Of a stretch of DNA of 64,000 bases, positions 58,416-64,000 are shown one piece after another. The position numbers and the translations under genes were made by a program. Numbering within the stretch: position 1 is the first letter of the stretch; the number at the start of each line of letters is the position of its first letter. This DNA is from Acidimicrobiia bacterium (lineage in GTDB: Bacteria > Actinomycetota > Acidimicrobiia > Spongiisociales > Spongiisociaceae), in NCBI GenBank assembly GCA_041576165.1, contig JBFGLM010000001.1, positions 32,001-96,000 of the forward strand, read 5' to 3'. The notes under the pieces are model-generated. The model searched no databases. It was not told where the DNA came from and saw only the letters and a list, made by a program, of their open reading frames with translations.

Positions 58416-59474
58416 TCAAGCGGAGCCGATGTCTGGCTCCTCGCGGTTCAGGTCGGTAATGATGCCCAAGGCCGCACCCAGCGTGTCGAGCCGGTCCGAC
58501 AGCGTCTCGCCCGCCGGATACAGCCGAAGCGTGTTGATGCCCTGATCGCGCCACACCCGCATCCGGTTGCGCACCATTTCGGGCGTGCCAATCATCGTGG
58601 TTTGCAGCACCATTTCGTCGGGGATCATCCCGGCTGCCGCCTCCCGCCGACCCTCGGTCCAGAGCCGCCGGACCTCGGCCGCTACCTCGGCCCAACCTTG
58701 TCGCGAATACGCGTCGTTGTAGAAGTTGGTCGTCGACGATCCCATTCCGCCGAGGGTGAAGGCCAGGCCCGGTTTGCGGGCCGCCACCATGTCGGAGACG
58801 TCGTCCCCGAACGCGACCTCGCCACCTTGCGAGATGTCGATGTCTGCCAGCGTGCGGCCGCTCCTGGCAGCCCCGGCGGCAATGTCGCCCAGGAACGCTT
58901 CCGCCCGTTCTGGGATGAACGCGGTGCCCAGCCAGCCGTCGGCCAGCTCACCGGTAAGTTGCAGCATGCGAGGCGACAGGGTCGCCAGGTACAACGGCAT
59001 GAACGGCTGCGGCTGCACGGCTAGGCGGAGCGCCTTTCCTTCCCCATCGGGCCGCGGCAGCTGGATGGTCGCACCGTCGTACACCACCTTCGATCCGTTC
59101 AACGCCAGCCGAATGACCTCAATGGTCTCGCGCAGGCGGAGAAGCGGCCGGGCGAACTCCACGCCGTGTAAGCCCTCGATCACCTGAGGGCCGCTCACCC
59201 CGAGCCCCAGCAGGAACCGCCCGCCGCTCATAACGGCCAGTGACGCTGCGGTCTGGGCGGTCATCGCCGCACTGCGGACGCCAACTTGGAAGATTCCCGC
59301 ACCGATCAGCATTCTGTCTGTGACCGCCGCCAGATATCCCAGCGGAGCGGCGGCGTCGTAGCCCCACGCCTCCGGGACCCACACGACGTCGACTCCTAGA
59401 TGCTCGGCCTCGCGCACGTACGGCAGCGTCTCGTGCCAGTCATGATCGGGCGCAACGCTGATGGCCGATCTCAT
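58416..59474 (-). CDS. LLM-class (luciferase-like, probably F420-dependent) oxidoreductase
   Basis: PEAWGYDA, SGGRFLLGLGVSGPQVIEGLHG, GELADGW. Confidence 0.9.
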   Translation of the reverse strand: MRSAISVAPDHDWHETLPYVREAEHLGVDVVWVPEAWGYDAAAPLGYLAAVTDRMLIGAGIFQVGVRSAAMTAQTAASLAVMSGGRFLLGLGVSGPQVIEGLHGVEFARPLLRLRETIEVIRLALNGSKVVYDGATIQLPRPDGEGKALRLAVQPQPFMPLYLATLSPRMLQLTGELADGWLGTAFIPERAEAFLGDIAAGAARSGRTLADIDISQGGEVAFGDDVSDMVAARKPGLAFTLGGMGSSTTNFYNDAYSRQGWAEVAAEVRRLWTEGRREAAAGMIPDEMVLQTTMIGTPEMVRNRMRVWRDQGINTLRLYPAGETLSDRLDTLGAALGIITDLNREEPDIGSA

Positions 59475-59959
59475 CGCTTCTCAACGAGTTCTTTGATCCC
59501 CTCTACCACCTTGCGCATCTGGATCCGCTGTTCATCGATGCGACGCTGGATGATGTCGTCTTCCCGATCGGGCCGTCTCTCGATCGCCGCACTGAGACCG
59601 CTAGGCCCGGGCCCAAGCTGCATTCGGTAGGTGAGCGACGCTCCTCGCTCTCGCGGTTCGATCAGAAACGTCCACACGGCGGCCGGTTGCTCAACGCTGC
59701 TGACGGCCCACCCAAAAGCCCGATTCGGCTCGAACACCACCACCGTGCTGGTCGTCTCCCACTCACCTATTCGTTCGTGGTGGCTCCTCCCCCGAAATGT
59801 CGCGCCCAGCCCGGCGGGCCTCTCGATCCACTCACCACCCAGGTACTCGTCGCTGAACCGGCTGGGCAGGTCGATATCGGTGATGAGCGGCCAAATTTCT
59901 TCGGGGGCGGCGTAGATCTCGACAGTGAGGTCGGTGGTAGGCGCATCGATCAGTCGCAT
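59471..59959 (-). CDS. SRPBCC (polyketide cyclase-like) family protein
   Basis: IYAAPEEIWPLITD, FEPNRAFGW; ATGA coupling to the LLM gene. Confidence 0.85.
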   Translation of the reverse strand: MRLIDAPTTDLTVEIYAAPEEIWPLITDIDLPSRFSDEYLGGEWIERPAGLGATFRGRSHHERIGEWETTSTVVVFEPNRAFGWAVSSVEQPAAVWTFLIEPRERGASLTYRMQLGPGPSGLSAAIERRPDREDDIIQRRIDEQRIQMRKVVEGIKELVEKR

Positions 59960-60221
59960 CTTCACGTCCTTTGCGGTGAAGCGTACCGACGCCGTCACGG
60001 GGCGGCCACACAAAGCGAAGAGCGAGACGTCGTCCCTACCACGTCTCGCTCTTGGCTTGGTGGGCCGGGCGTTTCCTGGCAGAGGTGCTCGACCGTTTCA
60101 CCTGGTGATGGGCGTTTCCCTGGGCAAGTTCCGCACCATCGCTCTTCTCATCGGCCGGTGAGGTACCCCTGCTTGATGACCATTCTGGGATGGCACGACC
60201 GGACTGACCACCCAACGCCGC

Positions 60222-61562
60222 TCAGTCGGCGAAGCCGGCCGCACCCAGAGTGGCGGTCAATGTGAGGACCTCGTCATTGCGGACGATGGTGAGCTCGATT
60301 TCTGTGCCCGGGAACTCCGAGAGGATCTCGGCCCGCAGATCCGACGAGTCGGATATCGGCGCGCCGTCTACCGCCGTGATCAGGTCTCCGACCAGAATGC
60401 CGGCCTCCTCGGCGGCCGAACCGGGCGTGACGTCGCTGACCAGTGCACCGACCATGCCATCGTTGAAACCGGTGGCGGCGACTCCGAGGCGGGCCAGCTC
60501 AACGTCGACACCCTCGACGAGCTGCTCTGCCACGATGTACGCCAGATCAATGGGAATGGCGAATCCGACACCATCATTCGCCCCACTCTGGGTGCGGATG
60601 GCATCGTTGATCCCGATGACACGACCGTTCCGGTCGACCAGTGGACCCCCCGAGTTTCCGGGGTTGATGGCGGCGTCGGTCTGGATCATGCCCACGCCGT
60701 TGACGTCGCGATTGAGCGCGCTGACGATACCGGACGTCACCGTCTGATCTAGCCCAAATGGGCTGCCGAGGGCAATTGCCCGCTGCCCCACGACCGGCTC
60801 GACGTCGACGCCCAGGGTCGCCACCGGCAGGTCGGGTAGCGGGTCGATCTTCACGACCGCCACGTCGGTCGGGGTGTGAGCCCCAACCACCTCGCCGCTC
60901 ACCCGCAGGCCATTGGCCAGCCGGACCCGCACATTGGCAGCGTTCTGGACGACATGCGCAGCAGTCAGGATCAATCCGTCGGCGTCATAGATGACGCCGG
61001 AGCCGACGCCAACGGCCAGCTCTATTTGCACAACCGCCGGGCCGACTGCCGCCGCGACCGCTGCCGCCGGTTCGGAAACGTCGCCTTCGATGACAATCGG
61101 GGGCTGCGTCGCACGCGGCGCTTGGGTGGTCGGGCTAGAAGGTTCGGGGGTGGGCGGGGCAGTCGTCGGCGGCGCAGTGAGCGACGTGCTGATCGGCGTT
61201 GACGCTGCCGGCGCTGGAGATTCGGCCGACAACCGGCCGAACGTGAACGACGCCGCCGCCACCACGATGGTCACCAACCCGGCGACGAGCCATGGCACGA
61301 CACGGTGCGATAGGGCGGGCGCTGAAGCGGCAGGCGGGATGGGATCCTGCGGCGGGGACGGAGGTGGGGGCGAGTGTGGTGCAGATTCGCGCCACGGCTC
61401 GCGGGGTTCGAGCAGCTCCGTGGGCTCTGTGGCCGGCTCCGTGGTTCCGGATGCGGGCCGACTCTCCTCATCGACCGGTTCCACCCGCATCGGCGGACGC
61501 TCCGGCAATGAGCCGGGGCCGCTTCCGGCGGCCGGCCATTGGTGAGGTTTGCTCTGAGTCAC
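60222..61562 (-). CDS. HtrA/DegP-family membrane serine protease (trypsin + PDZ)
   Basis: LTAAHVV, DVAVVK, QTDAAINPGNSGGPL, PGSAAEEAG; Pro-rich N-terminus with a TM; probable GTG 61562. Confidence 0.92.
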   Translation of the reverse strand: MTQSKPHQWPAAGSGPGSLPERPPMRVEPVDEESRPASGTTEPATEPTELLEPREPWRESAPHSPPPPSPPQDPIPPAASAPALSHRVVPWLVAGLVTIVVAAASFTFGRLSAESPAPAASTPISTSLTAPPTTAPPTPEPSSPTTQAPRATQPPIVIEGDVSEPAAAVAAAVGPAVVQIELAVGVGSGVIYDADGLILTAAHVVQNAANVRVRLANGLRVSGEVVGAHTPTDVAVVKIDPLPDLPVATLGVDVEPVVGQRAIALGSPFGLDQTVTSGIVSALNRDVNGVGMIQTDAAINPGNSGGPLVDRNGRVIGINDAIRTQSGANDGVGFAIPIDLAYIVAEQLVEGVDVELARLGVAATGFNDGMVGALVSDVTPGSAAEEAGILVGDLITAVDGAPISDSSDLRAEILSEFPGTEIELTIVRNDEVLTLTATLGAAGFAD

Positions 61563-61740
61563 AGGAGTGCTCCCTTGCGTTTTAGACGTGACACTAAGCG
61601 GCGTGGTGTCAATAGGGTGTAAACAGGCGTCACCGGGTGGCAACCCCGGCGGCCTCATGCGAATTCCCCCGGATGCCCATCCGCAAACACCGGCGCGATC
61701 CGGTTGCCGGTATGGGTTGCCGCTGCGCTAGCTTCAGTCC

Positions 61741-62238
61741 ATGACGCGTACGGCACAACTGCTCGCCATCCGATTTGACGAGCCACTCAAAGCCCAAGAA
61801 CTGCTGATCGCCGCCCTCCGCCTCCAGAAAAAGGGTTCGATCATCATCGATGACGCGGCCATCGTCACGAACGAAGACGGCCGGGTCCGGATTCATCAGA
61901 CCAAGGACATGAACACGGGCCAGGGAGCCGCCACTGGAGGCTGGTTTGGCGCGCTGGCCGGATTGCTGTTCCTGCAACCGCTGATCGGTGCCGCGCTAGG
62001 TGCCGCAATCGGCGGGTTGTGGGCGAAGCTCCGCGACATCGGCATCGACGATGATCGGATGCGCGAAATGGGCGAGTCGCTCCACGCTGGCGAGGGTGCC
62101 CTGTTCCTGCTTCTGCAGGACGCCTACCCGACCCACGTAGCCCGGGAGCTGCAGCGATTCGACGGCTCGATCCTGCACTCGACATTCGATTCCACCGACA
62201 CGGAGTCATTCGAGACAGCGCTGGCCGGCCTGGTCTGA
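61741..62238 (+). CDS. DUF1269-like membrane protein
   Basis: IDDAAIV..DGRVRIHQT, Gly-zipper GAATGGWFGALAG, DIGIDD. Confidence 0.8.
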   Translation: MTRTAQLLAIRFDEPLKAQELLIAALRLQKKGSIIIDDAAIVTNEDGRVRIHQTKDMNTGQGAATGGWFGALAGLLFLQPLIGAALGAAIGGLWAKLRDIGIDDDRMREMGESLHAGEGALFLLLQDAYPTHVARELQRFDGSILHSTFDSTDTESFETALAGLV

Positions 62239-62272
62239 CCGCAGCACGTCGACCAGACCGGACGCCGCCTGC

Positions 62273-62830
62273 TCAGGACAGCCAGCCGCCGGCCCGGTCA
62301 ACGAGAGTCATGGAGACCTCATGTGCCAGGTCGAGCACCTGGCACATGGAATACTCCCCCAAATAGACGCCCACCAGTGGGACGTCGACCCGCCCGACCA
62401 GCGACAGACTGCGCTGGGGCGCGTCGGTCACTGCGGCGAATGAATCAATTGCCGAGACTTCGATTGGAAGATCGGTGCGCCCGATCCCCGCTAGATCAGT
62501 CGCCAGCACCAGGAGATCAGGCGGAGCTGCGAGAGGGGGCAGCGCCCATTTGAAAAAGAGCGGAAGTCGGAACACCCCGTCTGGGTCGTCGACGGCTTCG
62601 CCCATCTCCGCAACCCGGTCTTCGAACCCGAGCATGACCCGCGGCTCTATCTCGAGCACCAACAGCATCTCGACAGGCCCATCACACGCCTCGCCGGGAT
62701 GCAGATCGACTTCCCAGGCCTGGCCCAGGGAATACGACTCGATGAAGTGCCGCTCATCATGGACGTGAAAGCCGTGATCGATTGCGTGCGCTTTCAGATC
62801 GGTGACAAAGGCGGCGATGTCGATGGCCAT
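62273..62830 (-). CDS. Hypothetical protein
   Basis: Plausible composition; GAGAGGA Shine-Dalgarno before ATG 62830; HGFHVHDERHF. Confidence 0.65.
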   Translation of the reverse strand: MAIDIAAFVTDLKAHAIDHGFHVHDERHFIESYSLGQAWEVDLHPGEACDGPVEMLLVLEIEPRVMLGFEDRVAEMGEAVDDPDGVFRLPLFFKWALPPLAAPPDLLVLATDLAGIGRTDLPIEVSAIDSFAAVTDAPQRSLSLVGRVDVPLVGVYLGEYSMCQVLDLAHEVSMTLVDRAGGWLS

Positions 62831-62952
62831 CGGCCGTTTCCTCTCGCGGACGGGGCAAGCGTAGTGAACAGCGGAGGACAACCCGACCAGTCAGATACCA
62901 GCCATACCAGGCGGTTTACGTCAGATTTCGCCCGATGCGCTTGAATCGAGCT

Positions 62953-64000
62953 GTGAAACTTCGCTCTGTCGCGATCGCCGCAGCACTCGCCCTCACCGCG
63001 GCCGCCTGTACTTGGGGCGCGAGCGACGACGATGCCCGGCCGCCGGCGACCTACGGCGCGGCATCGACGGCCGCTCCACCGATCACTTCCTCAGCTACCA
63101 CCGCTCCCGCCCCGCCCGCCACTCCGACGACGGTGCGGGCCGCACCCGCCGCGGTGGAACTGGCCTCGTGCTCGGAATCCGGCGACTTCGACCTGCTGTG
63201 TGAGGCCTACACGATCTTGACCGATGAGTACGTGGATGTTCTGGACGATGAAGTCCTGGCCCTGGCAGCGGCCCGCGGGATCTCCGAATTCGCGGCAGAC
63301 GAAGCTGGGGATTCCGGCACCGACCGCTTCGTGTGCCAGACCCCGAGCGACGAGTTCACGATCACCTGTGACGCGGCCGCCGAGGTGCTCGGCCGGGTCG
63401 AGGTGGAGACCGTGACCGAAGCCGCCATCCGCGGGATGCTCGAGTTCGGGCTCAACGATCCCAACACCGTCTATTTGCCGCCCGAGGCGGTAGCGCGCAT
63501 CGCCGAAGACAGCTCCGGCGAGATCTCCGGCATCGGCGCGGTGGTCAGCTCTCAGCGGGTAGAGGCGGACGGATCGACCTCGTCGTGCTTCGTCCTCTCC
63601 GAGACCTGCCGGATGACGATCGTGGGGGTCATTGCGGATGCCCCCGCCGACACGGCCGGTATGCGCGTAGGGGACGTCACGATCAGCGTCGACGGAGAAT
63701 CGGTCCTGGGGTGGACCGCCGATGAAGTCATTGCGGCCGTGCGCGGAACCGAAGGCACCACCGTCGTACTGGGAATGGAGCGGGACGGAGAGCTCATCGA
63801 GCTCTCGATTGTCCGCGCGTCGATCCTCGTGCCGGTGGTCGACGTAGATGTGCTCGACGGCGGCATCGGCTACATCGCATTGACGCAGTTCACCAACAAC
63901 AGCGATGAGTTGTTCCACCAGGCCCTGGCAGATCTGCTCGACAGCGACGTGGACAAGCTCATTGTCGATCTGCGCAACAATCCGGGGGGCGCTTTGACGG
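62953..64000 (+). CDS. S41 C-terminal processing protease (CtpA-like) lipoprotein, truncated by the window end
   Basis: Absent from the ORF track because it has no stop in the window; GTG 62953, lipobox LTAAAC, LNDPNT, SGIGA, PDZ, IGYIAL, DLRNNPGG. Confidence 0.88.
   Translation, partial: MKLRSVAIAAALALTAAACTWGASDDDARPPATYGAASTAAPPITSSATTAPAPPATPTTVRAAPAAVELASCSESGDFDLLCEAYTILTDEYVDVLDDEVLALAAARGISEFAADEAGDSGTDRFVCQTPSDEFTITCDAAAEVLGRVEVETVTEAAIRGMLEFGLNDPNTVYLPPEAVARIAEDSSGEISGIGAVVSSQRVEADGSTSSCFVLSETCRMTIVGVIADAPADTAGMRVGDVTISVDGESVLGWTADEVIAAVRGTEGTTVVLGMERDGELIELSIVRASILVPVVDVDVLDGGIGYIALTQFTNNSDELFHQALADLLDSDVDKLIVDLRNNPGGALT

Overview
High-GC (roughly 65-70% by eye) bacterial chromosome segment. 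Gene content (ppgK, LigB-type DNA ligase, LLM/F420-type oxidoreductase, SRPBCC proteins, mycobacterial-style MazEF) points to an actinobacterium, probably Acidimicrobiia-like; this is an inference. From left to right: (1) tRNA-Sec (selC) followed by a decayed integrative island with an integrase pseudogene, arm-type repeats, a broken MazEF pair and a divergent GroES-like ORF; (2) hflX and ppgK; (3) a ~22 kb surface-polysaccharide locus that opens with a fatty acyl-AMP ligase-like / chorismate lyase / aryl-CoA ligase trio and contains two polysaccharide deacetylases, three GNAT acyltransferase domains and a Wzc-like pseudokinase; (4) gnd and housekeeping genes; (5) an AhpD-like selenoprotein that the ORF track splits at an in-frame UGA (CFY-U-xxxH, followed by a SECIS-like hairpin); (6) xylA, a DNA ligase and galactoside-utilisation genes; (7) a heterodimeric ABC exporter and DsbA; (8) a SAM-I riboswitch that appears to control a 26-aa leader ORF upstream of a one-Cys OsmC-like gene; (9) HtrA and S41 proteases. 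The main leads are the aromatic/fatty-acyl tailoring module in the glycan locus, the hidden selenoprotein, and the SAM-I/leader-peptide/OsmC unit. All product calls come from motif recognition by eye; no database searches were run.
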